In this document: in pieces, positions 1-8,030 of the stretch | How positions within the stretch are numbered: position 1 is the stretch's first letter | Layout: every line of letters begins with the position of its first letter | Source of the DNA: Candidatus Woesearchaeota archaeon | Lineage (GTDB): Archaea > Nanobdellota > Nanobdellia > Woesearchaeales > JABIAG01 | Direction: 5' to 3' | Length of the DNA: 24,000 bases | Assembly (NCBI GenBank): GCA_018653365.1 | Contig: JABIAG010000001.1 | Coordinates: forward strand, 137,031 to 161,030 | The notes under the pieces: model-generated | Told to the model about the DNA's origin: nothing | What the model saw: the letters and a program-made list of their open reading frames with translations, nothing else | The model's database searches: none | Position numbers and translations under genes: made by a program

Positions 1-966
1 ATAATCATCGCCGGGTAGTCCAATAATTAGTTCAAGTTTAAAAGGAATTCCATTTTGAGAAAGTTGAGGGAGGAAATTATACGCCTTTGTTAAATCATTA
101 CTTCTTAACCAGGAAGGAACGCACGGATTGAGAGTTTGAAGACCAATAATTACTTCTTGCATGTTAGTGGATGCTAATAAATTGATGGTATCTTCATTAA
201 AAACTTCTGATCTATAATATGCAGTGACTTTGGTGTCTGGCGCATACTGGGTATACCATTCTAAAATTTTCTTATCTCTCCCTAAGGGGAATGCTAAAAT
301 AGGGTCAATGATTGCACTTTCGTTAAAGCCAATTCTTCCAATACCCTTGATTTCTTCTTCAGTAATCGCAAGGTTTCTTGCTTGAACTCCTTGACGAATT
401 CTGTGCCCACAAAAACCACAATTATATGCACAACCAACCGAAGTATCATGCCAAGTAAATGTTTTATCAGTATCTTCAAACTCTGTAAGGGCGGGCATGA
501 AGGGTTCAGAATAAATTGGAGTGTACTTTGAGGGAAAAACAACATCTTTGTGAGTTGTTGCATCACCTTCTTGTCCGGTTAGTATTGATAAAATAATTCT
601 TCTCAAAGGATCTTCACCCTCACCAGAAACGAGTTGCGTTCCTGAAGGAAATGAACATATATCTAAAGCAGATACTTCAGGACCTCCAATTACTATTCTA
701 GGGTTAGCAAGTAACTCTGAATTGGCAATAGTTTGAACTTTGTCAGTAGTCCATATGTATGCAGTCATCCCAGTTAAATCAGTACTTAAATCATTCAATC
801 TTTTTGTAGTAACTTCAGGAGATTCATCCATATGAACTGGAAGTATTCTGATCCGTACATCTGGAATCGCTAAATTGTGTGCAGCAAGTCTAAACGCTGC
901 TAAAGAATATCTACTAGGGTATTCCTCTAATCTATGATAAAAACTAACTAAAGATACATTTAACAT
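1..966 (-). CDS. B12-binding-domain-like radical SAM protein, C-terminus cut by window edge
   Basis: Manual reverse-strand translation is open from ATG at 966..964 to the window edge (MLNVSLVSFYHRLEEYPSRYSLAAFRLAAHN...IVIGGPEVSA...TSVGCAYNCGFCGHRIRQG...IGLQTLNP...ELIIGLPGDD). It has CxxxCxxC (CAYNCGFC) and the IVIGGPE/GEGE pattern of N-terminal B12-binding-type regions. Confidence 0.85.
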   Translation of the reverse strand, partial: MLNVSLVSFYHRLEEYPSRYSLAAFRLAAHNLAIPDVRIRILPVHMDESPEVTTKRLNDLSTDLTGMTAYIWTTDKVQTIANSELLANPRIVIGGPEVSALDICSFPSGTQLVSGEGEDPLRRIILSILTGQEGDATTHKDVVFPSKYTPIYSEPFMPALTEFEDTDKTFTWHDTSVGCAYNCGFCGHRIRQGVQARNLAITEEEIKGIGRIGFNESAIIDPILAFPLGRDKKILEWYTQYAPDTKVTAYYRSEVFNEDTINLLASTNMQEVIIGLQTLNPCVPSWLRSNDLTKAYNFLPQLSQNGIPFKLELIIGLPGDDY

Positions 967-1868
967 CTTCTTTCAACCGGCACAATATACGATTTATGAT
1001 AATTTAATACATGCATCTGTTTTTTTTCTTCAGGAAATCGACTAACCCAAACATCTTTTAAGTGTAAATTATCTTCAATTAATTGCCCAACAAAAATATT
1101 GTCTTTAGCATAAGGTAAAATCAGTTCACCTTTAGGAGTTATCATAATCAGGGTCCCGGTGTAATCATTCTTTTCACTATCGGCAAGATATATTTCTGGA
1201 AACCAATCTGTTAATTCACGATGCAATCTTCGAAATGTATCTGTGGGAATATCATACCGTCTTCTTACACTTTCTTTTTCTCCTCCTCCACGAATTGTAA
1301 ACTGTCTTAGTTTCCATATTTCTGGCGGACATCCAGCAAGACATTCACCTACTTCTTCCATCTCACCTAAAGTCTTCTGACTGACTACTGAACTAACTTT
1401 TAAATGGCTTCTTTCTCTTTGAGAAAACTTATAACACAACATTTGTAAATGTTCGCGTGACACATAAGGACGTTTCATTTTTCTAGCTAAATTGCCATCT
1501 AAAGTATCTGCAGTCAGGGATAACCAATCCACCTCAAGATCAAGAAGTCTTTCAATATCTTCTTCTTTTAGTGTAACTGAAGTTGACTCAAGATTCAAAC
1601 CTAACTTATTTCTTTTTACATATTCGATAAGTTCCCAAATATCTTTTCTCCTAAATGGTTCCCTACCTGCAAAAGAAATCATTTCTGCGCCACACTCAAT
1701 AACCTTATCTATAACTCTTTTTGCATCAGAAGTAGAAAGATCTTCAAGTCCTCTAAGATCCGTAGTGGGTGTAAGACAAATCTCACAATCAGCTACACAC
1801 ATTGAAGTAATAACATAAGAAACATACTTTGGCGTTGGCATTTCTTCACTTTCTATTGGACGCACCAT
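960..1868 (-). CDS. Radical SAM protein
   Basis: 302-aa ORF with CxxxCxxC (CVADCEIC), a GGEP-like segment (FAGREPF) and a degenerate SPASM-like tail (ITPKGELILPYAKDNIFVGQLIEDNLHLKDVW). Its stop overlaps the ATG of the downstream gene. Confidence 0.85.
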   Translation of the reverse strand: MVRPIESEEMPTPKYVSYVITSMCVADCEICLTPTTDLRGLEDLSTSDAKRVIDKVIECGAEMISFAGREPFRRKDIWELIEYVKRNKLGLNLESTSVTLKEEDIERLLDLEVDWLSLTADTLDGNLARKMKRPYVSREHLQMLCYKFSQRERSHLKVSSVVSQKTLGEMEEVGECLAGCPPEIWKLRQFTIRGGGEKESVRRRYDIPTDTFRRLHRELTDWFPEIYLADSEKNDYTGTLIMITPKGELILPYAKDNIFVGQLIEDNLHLKDVWVSRFPEEKKQMHVLNYHKSYIVPVERRC

Positions 1869-1971
1869 GGGGGAGATAAGAAAGCTTCAAGCAATATTTA
1901 AACGTTTTGGTTTTTTTAAATGTGATAATGTTAAACAATAACTATATAAATAATTAAAGAATTCAAATAGT

Positions 1972-2634
1972 ATGAAAAAGAAAACTCTAAAAACTGTAGT
2001 AATCACAATTATACTTATCTTAGTAATCTTTTTTATATTCAAATACATAAAAACACCTGATGTTGTTCTTGATCCAGTAAACCTAGCAGATCCATTTTTA
2101 GGACCAGAAAATGCAGCAATAGTAGTTGTTGAATATTCAGAATTTCAGTGTCCATATTGTGCAGCAGCATTTGGAACACATGATGTACTAGTACAAAGAT
2201 TTAAATCACAAATGCCTAGTTGGGAGCCATCTGTACCAGGATTAGAACAATTAGCAAGAGAGGGTAAAATAAAATTTGTATTCAAACACTTCCCGCTAGC
2301 AGGACATGAATACGCTCAAAAAGCAGCAGAAGCAGCAGAAGCAGCAAATGCACAAGGAAAATTCTGGGAATATCACGACGCACTATTTGAAAAAGGTGGA
2401 GCTTTTGATGATGACACATTAATAGAAATTGCAGAAGAACTAGACTTAGATGTTTCAAGGTTCAAAGCAGAACTAAAAGGAGACGTATACGCAAGATCAG
2501 TAAGAGATGACATGCGAGAGGGACAAAGATTAGGTGTGGGAGGAACCCCTGCATTTCTAATAAACGGACAGTTAATAGAAGGCGCACAACCATTTCAGGT
2601 ATTTGAAGAAGCAATCGCAAGCTTAGAAGAATAA
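1972..2634 (+). CDS. DsbA-family thioredoxin-fold oxidoreductase, membrane anchored
   Basis: N-terminal TM segment, CPYC active site (VEYSEFQCPYCAAAF), cis-Pro region GVGGTPAFLINGQLIEGAQP. Confidence 0.9.
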   Translation: MKKKTLKTVVITIILILVIFFIFKYIKTPDVVLDPVNLADPFLGPENAAIVVVEYSEFQCPYCAAAFGTHDVLVQRFKSQMPSWEPSVPGLEQLAREGKIKFVFKHFPLAGHEYAQKAAEAAEAANAQGKFWEYHDALFEKGGAFDDDTLIEIAEELDLDVSRFKAELKGDVYARSVRDDMREGQRLGVGGTPAFLINGQLIEGAQPFQVFEEAIASLEE

Positions 2635-2665
2635 TCTTTTTAAACAACTTTCTTTCACTACTCAT

Positions 2666-3070
2666 ATGACTTTGCAAATTCCCTTAGGATCACAACCCCC
2701 AAGATTTGAAGTACCTGACGTAGTTTATAACCATGGACCAAAATTACCTTTAGATTTTTCTTATGCCAGTGATAGGTTTGGTTACGTAGCTATAGTCTTT
2801 GGTGAAGCCGAACTTGGAATGAACTGCCAATATGAGCATTCTGCCATGATTCTTACAGAGGGAAAATTAAATCCTCAGTTTAGAGTTGGAGTTAGAAACC
2901 TCTTAGTAGCATTACAAGAAGGAACTTTACGTTTGCTAAACGAACAAAGATTTCAAGAAGTAAGAACACAGTTAATAACACACTTAGGTAAAAGCAAAGA
3001 CCCTGGACTAAGAACACTTCCCAATAGATTAACACGACAACCCACTGAATTAAAAGCGTTGTTGATTTAG
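2666..3070 (+). CDS. Hypothetical protein
   Basis: 134-aa intact ORF between two well supported same-strand genes; no recognised motif. Confidence 0.55.
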   Translation: MTLQIPLGSQPPRFEVPDVVYNHGPKLPLDFSYASDRFGYVAIVFGEAELGMNCQYEHSAMILTEGKLNPQFRVGVRNLLVALQEGTLRLLNEQRFQEVRTQLITHLGKSKDPGLRTLPNRLTRQPTELKALLI

Positions 3071-3129
3071 AAACATAACTTTATATAATCATATAAATAT
3101 TTATATACTCATATTCTAACCTTAACCTT

Positions 3130-4206
3130 ATGTCAATGTTTAAAGATATGCTAAAAGATACAGAAAGCCTATTCACTACAAATGTAGAAGCACTAGATTT
3201 TGATTACCTACCAAAATTAGTGCCTTTTAGAGAGGCAGAACAAAAACAAATAGCTAACTGTATTAAACCCTTATTTCAAAAAAGAAACGGAAGAAACATA
3301 TTAGTACACGGAAAGCCAGGAATTGGTAAAACCGTTGCAATAAAACACATTCTAAAAGAGCTAGAAGAAGAAACAGATGAAATCTTTCCAATATACATAA
3401 ACTGCTGGCAGACAACAACTTCATTTAAAATAATGATAGAAATCTGCAACCAATTAGGTTACAAGTTCACTCAAAACAAAAAAACAGAAGAACTAACAAA
3501 AGTAGTAAAAGATATAATAAACCAAAATTCTGGAGCAGTAATAATCTTTGATGAAATAGACAAAGTAGAAGATACAGACTTCTTATACTTATTACTGGAG
3601 GAAGTATACAGAAAAACAATTATTCTAATTACAAATTATAAATCCTGGTTCACACAAGTAGATGAACGAACAAGATCAAGACTCATACCTGACTTGTTAG
3701 AATTTAAAGAATACACTGAACAAGAAACAATTGAAATATTAAAAGCCCGAATGCAATATGCTTTTGTTCCAAACGTTTGGGACGATGACGCATTTAACCT
3801 CTTAGCAAAAAAAGCAGCAGAAATGAAAGATATAAGAACAGGATTATTCCTCATAAAAGAAGCAGGACAAATAGCAGAAGACAAATCAAAGAAAAAAATA
3901 GAAAAAGAAGACGCACTACAAGCAATAACAAAACTAGAAAGTTTCTCAATAAAAAGCAGTAACGACTTAGTAGACATAGAAAAAGAAATACTTGAAATGA
4001 TAAAGAAAAATAATGAAATGAAAATTGGAGACCTGTTTAAGATGTACGCAGCAAAAGGAAAAGACATAAGCTACAGAACATTTCAACGAAGAATAAAAAA
4101 ATTAGAAGAGGGCAAGTTCATAAATATACAAAAGTTAGACGGTGGAGCAGAAGGCAAGACATCTATTATCAAGTATGGTGAAAGTAAAAAATTAACTGAT
4201 TTCTAA
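3130..4206 (+). CDS. Orc1/Cdc6-like AAA+ ATPase
   Basis: Walker A GKPGIGKT, Walker B VIIFDEIDK, sensor-1-like ILITNYKSW, sensor-2/lid region, C-terminal winged-helix-like part (YRTFQRRIKKLEEGKFI). Confidence 0.8.
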   Translation: MSMFKDMLKDTESLFTTNVEALDFDYLPKLVPFREAEQKQIANCIKPLFQKRNGRNILVHGKPGIGKTVAIKHILKELEEETDEIFPIYINCWQTTTSFKIMIEICNQLGYKFTQNKKTEELTKVVKDIINQNSGAVIIFDEIDKVEDTDFLYLLLEEVYRKTIILITNYKSWFTQVDERTRSRLIPDLLEFKEYTEQETIEILKARMQYAFVPNVWDDDAFNLLAKKAAEMKDIRTGLFLIKEAGQIAEDKSKKKIEKEDALQAITKLESFSIKSSNDLVDIEKEILEMIKKNNEMKIGDLFKMYAAKGKDISYRTFQRRIKKLEEGKFINIQKLDGGAEGKTSIIKYGESKKLTDF

Positions 4207-4232
4207 TCATTCTAGTACTTGTATGACTAAGT

Positions 4233-4730
4233 CTATTTAACCGCCATACAAACATCTAGAATATGATGATGTTCAGGATGTTCTTCAGGTCTGTTTAAGT
4301 ATATCTCATAACTTGGTCTTGACATATCTATCTCTTTATTATTTTCTTTTATCCATTCAACAACTTTATTCCATGCAGGACCATATTCTTCTGGGCCGAA
4401 CAATTCCACACGCATTACAACATATTTTCCGCCAGGAAGAGTTTTCTTTTTTATTTCATTTTCAACTTCAACATTTTCTTTGAGAGTCATACATACATCT
4501 AATTTAAGTTTATCTGGCGGAGTTGTGTGTGGATCATCATGATAAACTGACATGAAAATAGTTTCATTATTTATTAATTGTTTAGAACTCGCCCAACCAC
4601 AAAGTTTACCAAATAACTCTTTAAAGACTTGAACATTTCCCATGTAGTTGCCAACAAAAGAAACATAAGCAACATTTCTTTCTCCCAATTCCTTAATTTC
4701 TGGTTTGTTTATGAGTTCCACATTTATCAC
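4233..4730 (-). CDS. GyrI-like / AraC effector-binding-domain-like protein
   Basis: 165-aa ORF with the pattern VAYVSFVGNYMG...KLCGWAS...SVYHDDPHTTPPDKLKLDVCMTL...PGGKYVVMRVEL...YEIYLNRPEEHPEHHHILDVCMAVK. Confidence 0.8.
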   Translation of the reverse strand: MINVELINKPEIKELGERNVAYVSFVGNYMGNVQVFKELFGKLCGWASSKQLINNETIFMSVYHDDPHTTPPDKLKLDVCMTLKENVEVENEIKKKTLPGGKYVVMRVELFGPEEYGPAWNKVVEWIKENNKEIDMSRPSYEIYLNRPEEHPEHHHILDVCMAVK

Positions 4731-4861
4731 CTATTTTAAGATAATGTGTTAAATATATAAATTTTCTTATGATTCAAATTTAAGTTATAATTGTTTGCCC
4801 CTCTTTTTTATTTGAGATAAATTTATATATTGTCAATCATATTTAAGCTATGGTGATGTAA

Positions 4862-5062
4862 ATGAATATGTCTGAACTTGAATTTCATAGAAAAGTACTT
4901 GAACATTTTGAAGAACTGGCTGAATATAAAAGTGGATTAAATGCTCGAGCATTAACGAAGATTATAGAAGGACTTACGGAGTTAGTAAAAGTTGAGTCTT
5001 CTTTTAGCGGAGCAGAGGATACTCAGATTCACGTTGGTCTATCAGGATTTAAACGTAAATAA
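4862..5062 (+). CDS. Small hypothetical protein (66 aa)
   Basis: Intact ORF with TATA-like AT-rich sequence upstream; charged helical composition. Confidence 0.5.
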   Translation: MNMSELEFHRKVLEHFEELAEYKSGLNARALTKIIEGLTELVKVESSFSGAEDTQIHVGLSGFKRK

Positions 5063-5232
5063 ACTGCAAATAAATTTCTATTTTTTCGTTTATTATAATC
5101 TAGTTTAAGATGATTTAATCCGCACTAGACAAGACTTGTCCAATGCTCAAACCCGCTAAAACCTCCAAATTCTAACTTTCTAAAAGATCCTTTAAAAACA
5201 ATTCTAACCATTGGACAAACCCTGGAATGAGG

Positions 5233-5240
5233 TATATAAA
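5233..5240 (+). promoter_or_regulatory. Candidate archaeal TATA box (TATATAAA) upstream of the micro-ORF cluster
   Basis: GGTATATAAAGG lies about 90 nt upstream of the first micro-ORF start and just upstream of two hairpins. Confidence 0.45.
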
Positions 5241-5329
5241 GGAAACAATTCTACTAGTAATTGTTGATTCGAAACGGGCATTATGCCGAGTAAAACCCGT
5301 TTTAATTTTTAAAAAAAGAGGTGGTTAAT

Positions 5330-5494
5330 ATGATACAACAAAAATCGAAGATTTTTGAGCATCATTTCCAACCAGGAGGAAAAATGATAGACCTAAGCCA
5401 AAAAACAATAAGTGAATTATTTTATGACCAAATTAAAAGAGTGACTCGCGAAAGTAGTTTTGACATACAATACAGTGAGTGGTGGGCAAAATGA
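5330..5494 (+). CDS. Candidate small protein; alternative start at 5384
   Basis: Manual translation: MIQQKSKIFEHHFQPGGKMIDLSQKTISELFYDQIKRVTRESSFDIQYSEWWAK*. GAGGTGG precedes ATG 5330, and GGAGG precedes internal ATG 5384, which gives a 36-aa product. Confidence 0.45.
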   Translation: MIQQKSKIFEHHFQPGGKMIDLSQKTISELFYDQIKRVTRESSFDIQYSEWWAK

Positions 5495-5601
5495 AGTCTG
5501 TCAATAGATTAGCAATGGACCTAGTAGATGAAGCAAGATGGACTGGAGAGTTAAGTGGAGAAGAAGCAGATTATATACTCGATTATATACAAACCGCGTG
5601 A
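5491..5601 (+). CDS. Candidate small protein (36 aa)
   Basis: Starts in an ATGA overlap with the previous ORF stop: MKSVNRLAMDLVDEARWTGELSGEEADYILDYIQTA*. Confidence 0.45.
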   Translation: MKSVNRLAMDLVDEARWTGELSGEEADYILDYIQTA

Positions 5602-5610
5602 GGTGAAAAA

Positions 5611-5724
5611 ATGAATTTCAATAAAAAACAAAATTATGTAAGTTGGGAAGAATACATGAACAAGGTAGATCAGTTTGAAGATTTTATTTTCAGACAAAGT
5701 AGTCGAGGAACGTTCTTGCCATAA
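5611..5724 (+). CDS. Candidate small protein (37 aa)
   Basis: GAGGTGAAAAA ribosome-binding-like sequence precedes ATG 5611: MNFNKKQNYVSWEEYMNKVDQFEDFIFRQSSRGTFLP*. Confidence 0.45.
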   Translation: MNFNKKQNYVSWEEYMNKVDQFEDFIFRQSSRGTFLP

Positions 5725-5938
5725 AAACCCTTTCAAAATCAAAGAGTTTAGAGTGTCAAAATCTGCAGGGTCAGTTTTTAACACACCAAAATTACTAAAC
5801 CTTTGTTTTTTTATTTTTTTAAATAACGTATTTCGCTAATAAGTAGATCACAATTGTTTTTTATACAACAAAATTTTGAAAAAGAAATTTTGAGCATCAA
5901 AAACATCCCTGTTGTTTTTAATGCACCTCTAACCCCTT

Positions 5939-5976
5939 CCAACCCTCAGAAATGAGGGATTGGTTTTTATTTTTTT
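5939..5976 (+). terminator. GNRA-capped hairpin followed by T-rich tract
   Basis: CCAACCCTCA (5939-5948), GAAA loop (5949-5952), TGAGGG-A-TTGG (5953-5963) with one bulged A, then TTTTTATTTTTTT. Confidence 0.5.
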
Positions 5977-5989
5977 CATTAAATGAATG

Positions 5990-7270
5990 TTAATCCCAAA
6001 TCTTCTTAGTTTTTAATTCAGAAATGTTATTCTCCAACTTTTCTAAATAACTTAAAAGTTTTTGTTTTAAATGGGTGCCGAGTTGTTCATAAGCACTAAA
6101 GTTTTGATGTAATTTTTTGAATGGTTCCTCAACATTAGAAGTATTGTGACCTATGCAAACCATATATGCTGAAAGCATCCATTCAATGAAATCAGATTCA
6201 GCAGAACTTTTTGCTTCAGCTAAGTAAACTTCATTATTCTCTTCAGCTAGCCTATACTCTGAGCCGCGATAATATTTATTTTCTTGTCCATTTCTAAACT
6301 TGCCTTTAACAACTAATATTGGTCCGCCTTTAATTGGTAAATATCTAAAGAACAGTAAGAGTTCAATCAAGATTAAAGTAATTTTGTGTGTTTCAAAGAT
6401 CAATTTTATGTCTTCAAAAGATCGTTTTTCCATATCACTTATCATCCTTCTTGTATGACTAATAATTCTAATGTGTTTTCTTAATTTTCGTAAATTATGT
6501 TCATCCCCCTTAACTGCATCACTTACATAATTATCATCTTGAATTTCCATAGCTAGAATGGTTAAAACTGAATCTGCGATCATATTTAATAAAAGTTTGG
6601 TGCTACTAAATTCATGTTTACATAAATAACTTAATTCACTATCCTCTTCTTGAAGCATCTTAAGTGTATCATGAACACTCTTCCACTCAACTCCTCCCTG
6701 TTCTACATAACTCTCTAACTTTTTTACTCCTGTTTGAATATTATTGAAATGTTTTTTTAATATATGATCTTCATCATTTGAATATTTTAACATTAATCTC
6801 GCAACTTCTTCTTCATTTTCTCGTGCTCTAGAAATGCCATGATATAACTCATGTTTTATAACATATTCTGAAGATAATTTGTGAGTTTTTATTCCAACAA
6901 TGTCAATATATAAATAAAAATAAGTTAGATCGTCACTTAAATTAATCTGTTGTTCTATTCTACCATTTGAAAAACAAAAAACACAAATAGCTTGTTTGGT
7001 TCTTATTATGCTTGAAGGATAACCTCCAAACTTTTTAATAAAATTTTCTAAGATGTTCAAAAAAGTGTTAACTTTCTCTACTGTAGAATGATCTGAAGAA
7101 AAGTGTTTTCTTTCTCTTAAATCAGTTATGTTATGAAGTTTATTCCAATGTTCTAAGGCATCAATTGTGATAAACCACTCGATGTTAAGAGGAATGTCTT
7201 GATTATCCAATAAGTCTTTCTTAAAATTAATGCTTTCAACTTTTTTACCATTATAGTTGCTGATATGCAT
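5990..7270 (-). CDS. Predicted HExxH metallopeptidase-like protein, family unknown
   Basis: 426-aa ORF with HExxH followed by acidic residues (VIKHELYHGISRARENEEEVARLMLKY), loosely like the zinc site of ImmA/IrrE-type peptidases; no obvious signal peptide. Confidence 0.55.
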   Translation of the reverse strand: MHISNYNGKKVESINFKKDLLDNQDIPLNIEWFITIDALEHWNKLHNITDLRERKHFSSDHSTVEKVNTFLNILENFIKKFGGYPSSIIRTKQAICVFCFSNGRIEQQINLSDDLTYFYLYIDIVGIKTHKLSSEYVIKHELYHGISRARENEEEVARLMLKYSNDEDHILKKHFNNIQTGVKKLESYVEQGGVEWKSVHDTLKMLQEEDSELSYLCKHEFSSTKLLLNMIADSVLTILAMEIQDDNYVSDAVKGDEHNLRKLRKHIRIISHTRRMISDMEKRSFEDIKLIFETHKITLILIELLLFFRYLPIKGGPILVVKGKFRNGQENKYYRGSEYRLAEENNEVYLAEAKSSAESDFIEWMLSAYMVCIGHNTSNVEEPFKKLHQNFSAYEQLGTHLKQKLLSYLEKLENNISELKTKKIWD

Positions 7271-7417
7271 ATAAAAAAATAAGTTAGTAACTATAAAAAC
7301 ATTGTTATTAATTTAACTTATCCTGATTTGACATTGTTTCTAAAAATTATATAAAAAAGATTAAACATTACTAACTATTTACACAACATTTTTAAATAAG
7401 TTAGTAGTCACTAAAAT

Positions 7418-7978
7418 ATGCAAGTAATAGACAGAAATGAACTAAAAATATACAAACAAGACTTCTACAAAAGAATCAAATCTGGAAAGATATTTATCTA
7501 CCCAACAGACACAATCTATGGACTGGGATGTGACGCAACAAACGCAGAAGCAGTAAAAAAGATAAGAGAAATAAAAGAAAGAACCAAATCACCATTCTCA
7601 GTAATAGCACCATCAAAAAAATGGATAAAAGAAAACTGTGAAATAACCAAAAAAAGAGCACTATGGAAACTACCTGGAAAATACACCATAATATTCAAAC
7701 TAAAAAATAAAAATGCAGTAGCAAAAGAAGTAAACCCTGGAATGAATTCTTTAGGAGTAAGAATACCAAAACACTGGGCAAGCAAACTAGCAAAAGAAAC
7801 AAATTTACCAATTATAACAACCAGTGTAAACAAACAAGGAGAAGAATACCTAAAAGTAATAAATGATATTCCACTAGAAATTAAAGGACATATTGATTTT
7901 GCAATAGATGAAGGACCAATAGAAGGAAGCCCATCAACACTAATAAACACAACAACAAACGAAGTAATAAAACGATAA
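7418..7978 (+). CDS. YrdC/Sua5-family threonylcarbamoyl-AMP synthase
   Basis: IFIYPTDTIYGLGCDATNAEAVKKIREIKERTKSPFSV, PGKYTIIF, LGVRIPKHW, PIITTSVNKQGE; characteristic YrdC-domain motifs. Confidence 0.92.
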   Translation: MQVIDRNELKIYKQDFYKRIKSGKIFIYPTDTIYGLGCDATNAEAVKKIREIKERTKSPFSVIAPSKKWIKENCEITKKRALWKLPGKYTIIFKLKNKNAVAKEVNPGMNSLGVRIPKHWASKLAKETNLPIITTSVNKQGEEYLKVINDIPLEIKGHIDFAIDEGPIEGSPSTLINTTTNEVIKR

Positions 7979-8030
7979 TTTGTCCTAAAAAAGAGACATC
8001 TTTATAAAATTACCATTCTTTTAAAACTCT

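Noticed and set aside
1492-1818. Plus-strand 108-aa ORF antisense to the radical SAM gene
   Set aside because: Antisense shadow of a well supported CDS; low-complexity Ser-rich translation.
3071-3129. Possible replication origin next to the Orc1/Cdc6-like gene
   Set aside because: The gap is short and AT-rich but I saw no origin-recognition-box-like repeats. GC-skew over the whole replicon would be needed to make this claim.
3636-4067. Minus-strand 143-aa ORF antisense to the AAA+ ATPase
   Set aside because: Antisense shadow with Ser/Phe-rich composition; the plus frame has clear Walker motifs.
5551-5784. Minus-strand 77-aa ORF over the micro-ORF cluster
   Set aside because: Composition is Phe/Ile-rich, as expected from the AT-rich complement, and no ribosome-binding sequence is evident. 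It is less convincing than the plus-strand micro-ORFs but not fully excluded.
7516-7950. Minus-strand 144-aa ORF antisense to the YrdC gene
   Set aside because: The plus frame has unmistakable YrdC motifs.
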